NCBI GenBank assembly: GCA_050575255.1
Contig: JBNZDD010013724.1
Span: forward strand, 7,547,658 to 7,611,657
Direction of reading: 5' to 3'
Length of the DNA: 64,000 bases
From: Harriotta raleighana
Lineage: Eukaryota
Shown: piece by piece, positions 12,841 through 23,665 of the stretch
How positions within the stretch are numbered: position 1 is the stretch's first letter
How the letters are laid out: every line of letters starts with the position of its first letter
The notes under the pieces: generated by a model
The model's input: the letters and a program-made list of their open reading frames with translations, nothing else
Databases searched by the model: none
Told to the model about the DNA's origin: nothing
Translations under genes and position numbers: made by a program

Positions 12841-13860
12841 AAGACTTGCATATTTTGTTATGTGCTGTGCTTTATGTTCACCTACAAAATTTACAGTCAT
12901 TTCAATTCACAGTAATATATATCCTGTGAAGGACTTTGAGGCATCCTACTAAAGTGAAAGGCACTTTACCAAATACTGTACAATATAAGGATTATTATGA
13001 TGAAAGGTGCAAAATAAGTGCAGGTAACTGCTGTTGTATATCTATTTTGTAACAGTGATTATTAAGAATTAACACTTCATAAATGTTAACAAACATTTAT
13101 TGACTTGTTGAACTCGTGCACAATGAACTTTTGATATTAAGACTGTGTCTTTTAACATGTCTTATTTCATCGCACTACCAGTATCTCAGCCATTTCCAAT
13201 GCAAAATGTGAACTCCCCCAACCCCTTTATTTTTCTTTGTGCAATTATAACACATAAAGTTGTATTGTATACAACCACAACATAATTACATGTGTAAAGC
13301 ACCTTTCATATGGGAGGATGTATCATTCAACTTATTTGCACCATTCAGCAGCCACACTACACACAACGAGTGGTCTTATACTATGGAATAGGATCATCCT
13401 CAGCCAATTGCATAGTAACTGTTTTGACTATTGTGGCAAGATCACTATGAATAGGAAAATTTATACCTCGTCTTCTGTGAGGTTCCGCTTGATTGCTGTG
13501 ATTCAGGTTGTTAAAATGAGCGAAATGAACAACTGAATGTTTTATAGACAATATATTGTCTGTATATACTGGACAAACTGTATATACTGTACTGTACTTA
13601 AACGAGTTTAAATAAATAAATAAATATGCTTTCCCTTTGAATAATGATATTTCAGGTTTACTGAATCTATGGCCTTAGAGAAATATTCCAGTAGGTTAAC
13701 GAATAGGTGATAATTATTGTAATTTACCTTGTATCGGTGAGATATTACAACACTAAACACCAGTGTATTTCTGAAGATGAAACATTAAAGGCATCTTGGG
13801 AATACTGAATTCAGTGAAGATCAGGGGCCCTTTTTCTAATCCCCATATCATTTCCATTAT

Positions 13861-14198
13861 TTTGTGGAGCTCCTGTGGCTCAGTGGTTAGAGCACTCGCC
13901 TAACATGCCTTACAAGCATGAGACCTGTGTTCGAATCCAGGCAGATCAGGACGAAACCTTGGGCAAGTTTCCTTACTCCACATGCCTAATAATAATCCCT
14001 CCCCAAAAAATAAATAAATAATAAAATTGGTCATTTCAATCCTCGACTGTTTGTGGGACACTGCTGTGCGCAATTGGCTGCCGCGTTCCGCCCACAAATA
14101 TACAGTCAATTCACTTTACAGTATATTCTGTGAAGCGCTTTGGGACGTTGAGAAGATGTGAAAAGCGCTACATCAAATGCAAGGATTATTATTATTAT
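13861..14198 (+). mobile_element. Full-length young SINE (duplicated-anticodon subfamily)
   Basis: TTGTGGAGCTCC start, A box TGGCTCAGTGG, B box GTTCGAATCC, Deu-like core, terminal hairpin, (TTA)n tail. Confidence 0.97.
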
Positions 14199-15199
14199 AC
14201 CTGTACTACCTCCTTTATGTAAAAATGCAGCCAGATTATGGAAAATATAAGGACATTTCTTCATTTATCAGAACCCGTATTTTTTTTCCTTTACCTCTGC
14301 CGCCCTTTATTGGTGGGAATACTTCTCTACCTGTTCCTAATCAATGATGTTGAATTTGCAGCCATTAATCACAAGTTGTGTTAAGCACACCATAAAATCT
14401 GAACAAAAGAGTGTACATATTCAGTTTGGGGCAGCTCATTAAAGGGCTGTGGTTGTATTTTTGGTTTCAGAATTGTGAATAATACCTGGGAACTTTTACC
14501 CTGCTATGATTCATTCATTTAAACAACATCTCTAGATGGCCTTTCATTGCTGCACAATGGAATTTTGTTGTGATTTGGTAACACAAGGTAAATGAGTGCA
14601 TCTGCTCAACTGACATTATTGGCTCTTGTACTTAAATTCAGGATACATTTAAAGGCAGCTGTTCTTAAATCACATAGCAAAGAAAGAATCCAAATATACC
14701 TTTGTCGTGTGCTTTCTATGCAGATGCTGCTTGATTTTTGCACTGCTCTAATGATTAGAGAAAGACACCAGTGGCTTGTTTTAATTAAGAAAGCATTAGT
14801 TTGCCCATGTGTTTACTACTTCTCATGTTTACATCCAGTCAAACATTGTGGCCCTGTTTACACATGATATTGCACTTTTTCTTTATTTTAGTTCATGCAA
14901 ATGCTTCCAAAAAGAAGTTGCACTTCATTAACATGCAAACTAATATCTTCCAGTAGACAGAATTCAAGTTTGAATTTTGGAGTCAGTTGCTCTGAAGAAC
15001 AGCATGATGTATCACATTGCTGTGCTATTCTTCACGGTTCAGTGTTGTTATGTTATTTAAAATGTGACGCTCGTGCATATGAAATGGAAATACTAAGATT
15101 GTGAGAAGAATTTAAATAGTACAAACAAAAATAGAATGGGGAGGGAATGGAGAAGATCTGAATTCAAGCCTTTGACAGAATATCAGAATTTAATCTTCT

Positions 15200-15525
15200 C
15201 CTCTGGATTAGTTGGTAAATTCATTTTGTGATATAGAATTAAGTCATATAAAACTGAATGATTTTGGATTTGATTGCTGTTCTGTAACAGCCTAGCCTTT
15301 CGGAGCAAGTGTGGAAGTGGTTTGCTACAGTTATCTCAGCTTCAGTGGCCCGGAACAGAAAATATCTACCCCAATTCTAAGTCAATAGTTTCTTCATGTA
15401 AAGGAAGTGAGTATCCTTTGCATACGTGTGTGTCTACATGATAAGAGCAGCATTGGGGAGTGTTAAGAGCATGTATTTATCCCCAAGACTGAATAGTCCC
15501 ATTTGTACTCACTGCCCAAGTTACA
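15200..15525 (+). mobile_element. Ancient tRNA-headed SINE-like repeat
   Basis: AGTTGGTAAATTCA head; ends GAATAGTCC..ACTCACTGCCCAAG, similar to 28270-28310. Confidence 0.5.
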
Positions 15526-15704
15526 ATCTCAAAGTTGATTGTTTGGGTTGAGTGCTTGAGATGAAAGCACCAACACTCCCAATATGATTCAATGCTTTCA
15601 GATAGAATACGTAAGGTGAAAACATTACAGATAAATACCTGAAATGCAACTTTTCAAAATAGGAAATTTCAATTACTCTGACAATTTCATATGAAGAAAT
15701 GACC

Positions 15705-15811
15705 TTTCTACCCCTGCCCCTGGCTCGGTCCTGGGATCCGTTGTTGTGAAGTGCTCTGAGACTCCGTTCAGTGTGGAGGGCGCTATATAAATCGAAGTTG
15801 TTGTTGTTGTT
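15705..15811 (+). mobile_element. L2-type 3' tail, second tail family
   Basis: AGTGCTCTGAGA..GGAGGGCGCTATATAAATCGAAG(TTG)n. Confidence 0.75.
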
Positions 15812-15965
15812 CAAAATACAAACTGAAGTGGCTGGGAGCACTCAGTAGATTAGGCAGTATTTATGGAGAAAGGAAAAGTGAGTCAATGTCTCGGGTCCAT
15901 GACCCTTCGTCGGAACTCAAACTTTGTTTCAGATTTCCAGCATCTGCAGTATTTTGCATTTTTGT
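15812..15965. mobile_element. Penelope-like element relic (inverted terminal-repeat arrangement) with degenerate hammerhead motif
   Basis: Left part reads on minus strand CCGACGAA-GGGTC-ATG-GACCC-GAGACATTGACTCA; right part TTTCAGATTTCCAGCATCTGCAGTATTTTG is the related terminal sequence in opposite orientation. Family assignment from recall of shark repeats. Confidence 0.6.
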
Positions 15966-17740
15966 CATATGAAGAAATGACTGCTCTCAATGGAAGAGCT
16001 GTTTTTTTATGTGCAGTAATACACCTCTACATCCCTGTGGGAACATTTCTGGCCTTGTTTGTTTTCTCCATATGTTTTAAAGAGCTCCACAGTACAAATT
16101 ATAGCCATAAGCTACTGTAAATAGTAAATAATAGGTGATATATTAGCCAGCATTAAAACACATTTATACCATCATAGGAGAAATTTGACAGAGTCACAGA
16201 TTCATTTTTTGTTAAAAACTGTTCCAGTAGCTGCCCCAATTAATAATTTAGATGAGGTGTCTTGACAAGTGAGAATATATCATATAATTAAAACAAAACA
16301 GAAAATCGATTTCTGTGGTTTTCATTTCCATTCTGCTTGCTCAAACAGCCATCATGATCTTGGAACATGCTTTGCTTAAAAGAGAGAAGGATCAGTGTGG
16401 TGGTTTGTATGTTGCTGTGGACATGAAAGAGGAACAAATAACTTTCATTGGGCAATTTCAATACCACAATCAAACTTGAAAGCTGTCTCGTTTTGTTATC
16501 TTCAACACTCTTTCCAAATTGTTGCTCTTCGATTATCAGAGTTTTCAGATTTCATATATCAGTCTATCTTGTTCCTATAGCTTGAACACCTTACAGAGGA
16601 AAAGCCACAAAGTCTATTAAATAAGCAGACTTCTGCTGTTTTTGACAGCTAATCAATACTAAAGAAGGTTATTCTTTGGGGGGTGACCTCCTTCACTAGC
16701 CATCGGAACAAAGACAACTGAATCATATATCCTGAAGCTGAGTGGGTTAGAAAATGGTGGAAAAGGCTAAGAAAGTGTGAACAAAAAAATACACAACATA
16801 ACTGGCCTAAGATCCCCCAAAAAGTTCCTCAGGAGGTAAAGTAAGTTTTGTGCTTGAATCCACCTTCATGTCAGTCAAATTAGCGAGATCTCATCTTAAT
16901 TGAGCTTGGATCAGAGCTAGGTTGATGTGAGCTGCTATCATAGATCGCTCATTCCTTGCACTGAAATCCTGAGGCACTTTTTCCCAATACGCAAACTATT
17001 TATGATCTCCTGTCACACACACACAGCGATCATTATTTTTTATAATATTAATAATTCACACTTTCAACCTTTATTGCAAAGGAGAAATGCAGTAGTTAGA
17101 CAGACTAAGTATTTGTTTCATATTTTGCCATGGTGCCAATGAAATAGAATTTTGTCTCAAGTAAAACTTGAGCCGTTGGAATTGTCTCCCTATTTCACGT
17201 TCTTTTCTTCTTTTCTGGCTTTAAAAAATGACGAATTACTCCAATAGATTGCAACCTTTCCTTTTGTTTAGACATCTTTAAAACATGTTGACTAATACAA
17301 GTAACACTGCTGATGCCAGAGAACACACAGCAACTTATTAATTTAGGATTTGTAACTAAGGTCATGTCACACTAACATGATGACACCTACATACATAAAT
17401 GCATCTTCATTTATGTCACTTAGGCAACACACAATATACAACAACTTTAATCAAAAGCAGGTACTTTACATGCAAGATCCATTTAAGTGCAAAATATTTT
17501 TTCGTTACAACATACAGAAATAAAATACTGTAGATGTTATTTACTCACTTTTACTACCTACTGTCTAGCATCTCCCTCCTAACCCCATTCCATTTCTCCC
17601 ACCCTGCTTGAGCTTTCATTCCATCTTGCTGAAACTCTTTGAGTCATTCTCCGGACATGAAAGGCACTTTATCAAACATAACAAATATTATTATAAGTGC
17701 AAGTTGTTATTGTTTTCAAGTATGCAATAAGGATGGGACA

Positions 17741-18320
17741 AGAACATAAGAATTAGGAGCAGGAGTGGCCATTCGGCCCTTCGAACCTGCCCCGCCATTC
17801 AATAAGATCATGGCTGATCTTCTTACCTAACTCTAATTACCTGCCCTATCCCCATATCCCCTAATCCTTCTATTTTTTAAAAAAATCTAGCAGTCTCAGC
17901 CTTGAAAACGTTCAAGGACTGAGCATCTACAGCCTTCTGGGGTAGTGAATTCCATAAATTCACTACCCTCTGAGTGAAGAAATGTTTCCTCAACTCTGGT
18001 CTAAAAAGGCTGACCCCTAATTTTAAGACTGTGACCCATGGTTATAGATTCTTTTACCAGGGGAAACAGTCCCTCAGTGTCTACTTTATCCAGCCACTTA
18101 AGAATCTTTTATGTTTCAATAAGATCCCCCCTAATTCTTCTGTACTCTAGAGAAAACAGTCCTAGTTTATTCAACCTATCCTCATAGGTCAGTCCCCTCA
18201 TCCCAGGAACTAACCTAGTGAATCTACGCTGCACCCCCTCTAAGGCAAGTATGTCCTTTTTTAAATAAGGAGACCAAAACTGCACACAATACTCTAGGTA
18301 CAGTCTCACCAAAGCCCTTG
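17741..18320 (-). mobile_element. CR1 LINE 3' part (same family as 6805-7820)
   Basis: [46 protein letters not shown]; AGAACATAAGAA tail. Confidence 0.97.
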
Positions 18321-19199
18321 GTATGTTCTATGGGTATGTTGGATAAATAATTCCATACAGCATTACCTGATCATCTTTGGTGTTGTTGGCCATGAATAGA
18401 ATTTCACATTCTGGCTGCGCATCATTAAAGACCAGCTACACATAAAGCTGAGTGGAATTTTTACCCATCTGTACTTTATGCTGTATAACAATATAAAATT
18501 GTCTTTCAGGTCAGCAATGCCATCAATGTCTAATACACGTCTGGTGGGGGAAGGAGATTAGGGTGTGGAATTGCTATGTAATTTTATAGCACTAACTATT
18601 AGAAATGTTCTTGTATGATTGTTTCTCCCTGTCATTTAATTTTGATATTTTAAGCATAAAGCACAAAGTCAGCCCTCATGTGCCATTCATAAAATCCCCC
18701 ACTGTCTTCAGAAGACCTTCATGCCTGAAAGTTGCGGGTAATGAAATAGTTTACAACAACATATTCACTTGTAAAAGCATATAACAACAGAGTAGCTCTA
18801 TATTACCTGAAATTATGTTTGGGTTGGTTCACATAATGTCAAAGCTATCATTTTCAGAGGTTATAATATCATCTGAGCCCCTAAATTGCCTCAGACTCTC
18901 CGATCTGACTTTTCCTTTTTGCATTATTGATAGGGAACATATTATTTCTTTGTGGTGCCTGCGTCTATTACAGATTTTGAATCTGTGTTCTCTACCAGTG
19001 GTAGGACATAAGCTGAGGCTAGTAATTTTTTGAATTCCATTTCATTTACAAGATTAATTCTATGTTTACATTGTAACTATATTCCTACTCAGGTCTAAAT
19101 TCCTTACCTTAAGATGTCCTCCCAATGTGAAAATTGGATCTGAGGATTGGAAACTTTTGCTATGCTTTCTTTGTGGTTTAATCCTTTCCCAACAACACA

Positions 19200-19800
19200 T
19201 GTTTGGCCTGCTTCATGTCCCCCTCCCAGCTGCCCCACCACTAGCGGTCAAGCCTTCACTCTCTTGAACTCCATTTCAGAGTCCCTTTGATTCTTCCCTT
19301 CCATCACTGTCCATCTCAGGATCCTCCAATTTGATTAAGTCTTTGGTCATCTTCCCACCCCTAATCCTCTTTGCCCCCATCCCCCCAAATTCAATCCCCA
19401 TCTTGGGTGTAAACCTTGGACTGCCCAGTGCCTTGGGACATCCTCCCAATGTGAAAGATCCCATGTAAATGCAATTGTTTAAGCTGTTTATTAAATACGT
19501 CCAGGATCCTGGCCTCAACCATTCATTCTGGCAACCTAATAGAATAATTAATTATCACTAATTACTCTCTGATATAGTTACATTTGACTGACTATCTTGA
19601 GTCCTTATCTACCAACGGCTTGAAGTCTCTACCCACCTCCACGTTCTCTATCTTTAAATCCTGCCTTAAAACCTAACTCTGCCCATGGCCATTTTCACCT
19701 TCCTTCTTGCTCGGTGTCAAATCCCACCACTATAAAATGCTCCAAGATATTATCCTCTGTGTAGGGCCTTATATAAATACAAGTTGTTATTTTTGTTGTG
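19200..19800 (+). mobile_element. Two degraded L2 3' fragments (about 19200-19480 and 19590-19800)
   Basis: GCCTTGGGACATCCTCCCAATGTGAAA hairpin; TTTAAATCCTGCCTTAAAACC and TATATAAATACAAGTTGTT tail. Confidence 0.7.
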
Positions 19801-20737
19801 TCTGATTCAAGCAGAGTACCTTATTCATATCTGGTCTAATGACATTTCTAACCTCTCTAATACCTAACATTATAAATGGAGTGTTCCATTGTACTCTAGT
19901 TATTAATGTTAGGCTTTTTTGCCAATTGATGTTTGTATCGTAGGTAATCATAAAAGTTAGTAAAGTAATATTATTGCAGATTACACATAAAGAGGTGGTA
20001 ATTATCACTGGTGCTAATTATCACTGCACCCAAAATGATGATTATCACACACCACAAATATCCTCTTTATACTTTATTATTATCTGTTACATCTACTCAT
20101 ATGTGCATTGCAGCGGACTCTATTATTTCTCACATTTTGATAAGAATATTCAATATGAGCAATGTTAAGATAGTGGTATTATTTATAATAATAATCCTTA
20201 CATTTGATATAGCGCTTTTCACATCTTTATGAGCTAAGCCCATTTTGAGACAAAGATTTATTTCTGTTTGCTTTATTGTGTGAAAGCAGCAGATGGAAAT
20301 GGTTTAGAAGGGACAACATGTTCACTGTTTTATATTGTCATGCCTCAAGGATCCAATTATTTCCATCATTGTAACATGATTTTACCTGCATTCACTTTTC
20401 CTTTTGTAATACACATATGTATTATTTAAACCACACAGCATATAAAAGCTTGAAATGGGGTGGGGAAGGAGAGATTGGAGACTGTGTGATGTGAGAATTG
20501 TCACATCAACCAATAAAGTGGTCAAAAGCAGTCTCTGACCTTGGGGTGAATCATTGCCCAATCCCCTGTGCATTTTCATCACCCACCACTCCCCTCCTGG
20601 ATTCAGAGAAGTTGAGGAGTCACGATTATATCAGAATTCCAGCTATCAAGATGTATGAATAAAAGTGCATTTATGTTTTTGTGTCAGCTTGCACTTTCAG
20701 GGAAACGACCATTGAAATGCTTCCATCTACTAAGCAT

Positions 20738-21382
20738 TTGTTGAGTCCTGTAGCTCAGTGGTTAGAGCACTCGCCTTACAAGCGTGATTCTTGTGTTTTG
20801 AATCCAGGCAGGGCGAAACCTTGGGCAAGTTTGTTTACTCCACACGCCTAATAATAATCTTTCCAAAAAAAAGCAATGATAAATTGGTCATTTCAATCCA
20901 CGACTGTTTGTGGGACACTGCTATAATAATAATCCTTACATTTGATATAGCGCTTTTCACATCTTATCGACGTCCCAAAGCGCTTCACAGAATATACTGT
21001 CAAGTGAATTGACTATATATTTGTGGGCGGAGTGCGGCAGCCAATTGCGCACAGCAGTGTCCCACAAACAGTCGTGGATTGAAATGACCAATTTTATTAT
21101 TGTGGTATTTTTGGAGGGATTATTATTAGGCATGTGGAGTAAGGAAACTTGCCCAAGGTTTCGCCCTGATTTTGCCGGGATTCGAACACAGGTCTCATGT
21201 TTGTAAGGCGAGTGCTCTAACCACTAAGCCACAGGAGCTCCACAAATGCGCAATTGGTTGCTGTGTTTTGCCCACAAAAATATAATCAATTCACTTTACA
21301 GTATACAGTATTCTGTTAAGTGTTCCAAGATGTCTAGAAGACGTGAAAAGCACTATGTCAAATGCAAGGATTATTATTATTA
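20738..21382 (+). mobile_element. Young SINE interrupted by an antisense copy of the same SINE
   Basis: Head 20738-20922 ends GGGACACTGCT and resumes TGCGCAATTGG at 21247. Confidence 0.92.
20923..21246 (-). mobile_element. Full-length young SINE nested in another SINE
   Basis: (ATA)n tail at 20923 through GGAGCTCCACAAA 5' end at 21246. Confidence 0.96.
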
Positions 21383-21749
21383 CAGTAAAAGCCCGTTTAT
21401 CCATGACTCGATTAACCGGAACTTCCGTTTAACTGGCATGTCAAAAAAAAGTCCCCATCCGATAAACTGGAAGTTATCCAGCAGACTAGAGGTGGGGCAT
21501 TTAATGAATTAAGTATCGCACGAGAGTACTGTACAGATATTTCATCTTGCTGCTAGTCTAATCTGAAAGTCCTGCTACCATTTTTTTTTAAAGTCATGCT
21601 GCCGTTTTTTTTCCTCCCTTGGTGGCCGCCATTGCAGAAGTTAAGTATAAATAGTAAAGTACTAATACAATATTCTGTTATGGTCGGATCCAACCATTTA
21701 ACCGGCATTGGCCAGGTCCCATGGGTGCCGGATAAACGGGCTTTTACTA
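21383..21749. mobile_element. Tc1/mariner (Tigger/pogo-type) MITE
   Basis: TIRs CAGTAAAAGCCCGTTTATCC / GGATAAACGGGCTTTTACTA (last base G>A), flanked by TA on both sides; inserted in a SINE (TTA)n tail. Confidence 0.9.
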
Positions 21750-21949
21750 TATTATGAAATGCACTATATCAAATGCAAGGATTATTATTATTATCAACCA
21801 GTGGCTCCACAATTGTCACAATCATGAAATATCATGTTAATGAAGCTGCTACACCAGGATGTTTTGGATGAAGCCCCATCTAATCAAAAGCAATATTGCT
21901 AAACCTGTAGAAATTATTAGCTAGTTTACAGTTGGAATATTGCCTGGCT

Positions 21950-22430
21950 GTGTCAGCCTGGCTGTGTTGATATCACTCGTGCATCCCGAATCATAAGGTT
22001 GTGGGTTCAAGTCTCAAGTAGAGTTTATACTCTCAGCTGACACTCCAAGGCGGTACAAAAGGAGTGCGGCTTTGACAGAAGTGTCATTCTTCAGGTCAGA
22101 TATTAAACTGAGGTCCAATCTCCTGGTTCAGGTAGATGTTAAAGATCCCATGGCATTTTTTAATAGAAGGCAGTTTTTCCCTAAACATTTTTTTAGATAA
22201 AGATTGGTACTTTACTTGATGGATGTTTGTTGGATATCGTTGTGCACAAATTAGCTGCCAATTTATCTACAAATATGTGATAAAGCCTTCATAAAATAGT
22301 ATTATAATAATTATTATTGTGTCGGCACTTCACTTTAAAAATAATCATCATAACTTTACAATATATTATGTCAGGTGCTTTGAGGTAGTCCTGATGTAAA
22401 ACACACTATATCAAATACAAGGAGGACAAT
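21950..22430 (+). mobile_element. Old full-length Deu-domain SINE
   Basis: GGTTGTGGGTTCAAGTC B box; TTCAGGTAGATGTTAAAGATCCCATGGCA and TGTGCACAAATTAGCTGCC Deu motifs. Confidence 0.8.
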
Positions 22431-23369
22431 TTATTGTTAAAAATAATATATGAGCAGTTTCTCAAAAATCACTAGGGAAGAAGGTTAAAGGGGTGAAATT
22501 TGTGCGGTGATTGTGAACAGCAAATCAACAACTATGTGCCCTGTGGGTGTGTCCTTCACCCTGAGCTTCAGCAGAATGATTAAGCCTGAAGCCAACAGAA
22601 ACCTCCAGCTGTCCAACAATCTGTAGTGTGGCATTTGAGGGTTGCTTCCTGTGTTAGTGGTTGAACTCAATTTATATTGTATAGTACTAAGCTAGCATCC
22701 AGCAATGTTCAAAGACATAATATTTATGAAATGCAAGTGTTATTTATTATTATGTAGAGTATTAATCCTCTTGAGTAATGATCCTGACCTCACTATTATG
22801 GAATGAAGACCAATATAATTAAATAAACACAGAAAGCAAAGAATTTCAAATAAAGGAAAAGGTTTTACACAATAGGATCCAAAATAAACAATTTGCAATC
22901 CAGGTAATTGGAGCTTCTGGTAATGATTATGATTTTTAGATTGAAATAATGGTAACTCTCTAATCCAGTAAAGATGAAAAACATGTGGTTCATTGCTTTC
23001 TGGCTATCTCAGGAACATTTTGGCCCTTTTTTCACCGGAAAGCACAATTTCCCATGGCTAAAGAAACACGTGGAAATGCTAGGTTGTACAGTGTTTACTA
23101 TATGAATGAATGAACTAACTGTTTACTATTTTAATTAATTAATTAATTAGGTTTTGTACTGTACAATTCCAGTATTTAGGGATTGCAAAATGAATGAATC
23201 TCTGCTTCCTCCCAGTCATCAACACATTTTCCCCATTCCAACTGTAGTGTGTTTAATTTAATTTGGGGTGTAGAAAAATTCATACATGCAATCATTTCGC
23301 TCATCGGGAGATACAAATAGAGAAATAATTTCTGCTTTTATTCAGTAATCTAAGACACAAGAAAACTTT

Positions 23370-23665
23370 CATACTTCAGATGAGATGTTATACTGGAATC
23401 GCATTTACTTATCCAGGTAGACATTAAAGATTCCAGAGCATTATTCAAATAGAGAAGGGAGTGTCATCTGATGTCCTGGCCAACACTCCCCCCAAATAAA
23501 ATTGGTAATTCACCTCATGGAAATAAGTGGGACATGAGAACAAATTGGCTGCCATGTTCACCTACAGATATAGTCACTATAATTTACAGTGTATCCTGTG
23601 AAGCTCCTTGAGACATTTTAACATGGTTATTAGGTGCTACAGTATATCAAATGCAAGTATTATTG
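23370..23665 (+). mobile_element. Old Deu-domain SINE fragment
   Basis: TTCAGATGAGATGTTA..CAGGTAGACATTAAAGATTCC..TGTCCTGGCCAACA..AATTGGCTGCC. Confidence 0.75.

Noticed and set aside
13866-13945. tRNA-like sequence with A/B boxes and a TAC anticodon-like loop (many copies)
   Set aside because: No proper acceptor stem and always fused to the SINE body; a SINE head, not a tRNA gene
13900-14109. Recurrent ORFs with LAFDIALFTS / WSKETCPRFRPD / HDCLWDTAV peptides
   Set aside because: Chance translations of SINE copies, not a gene family
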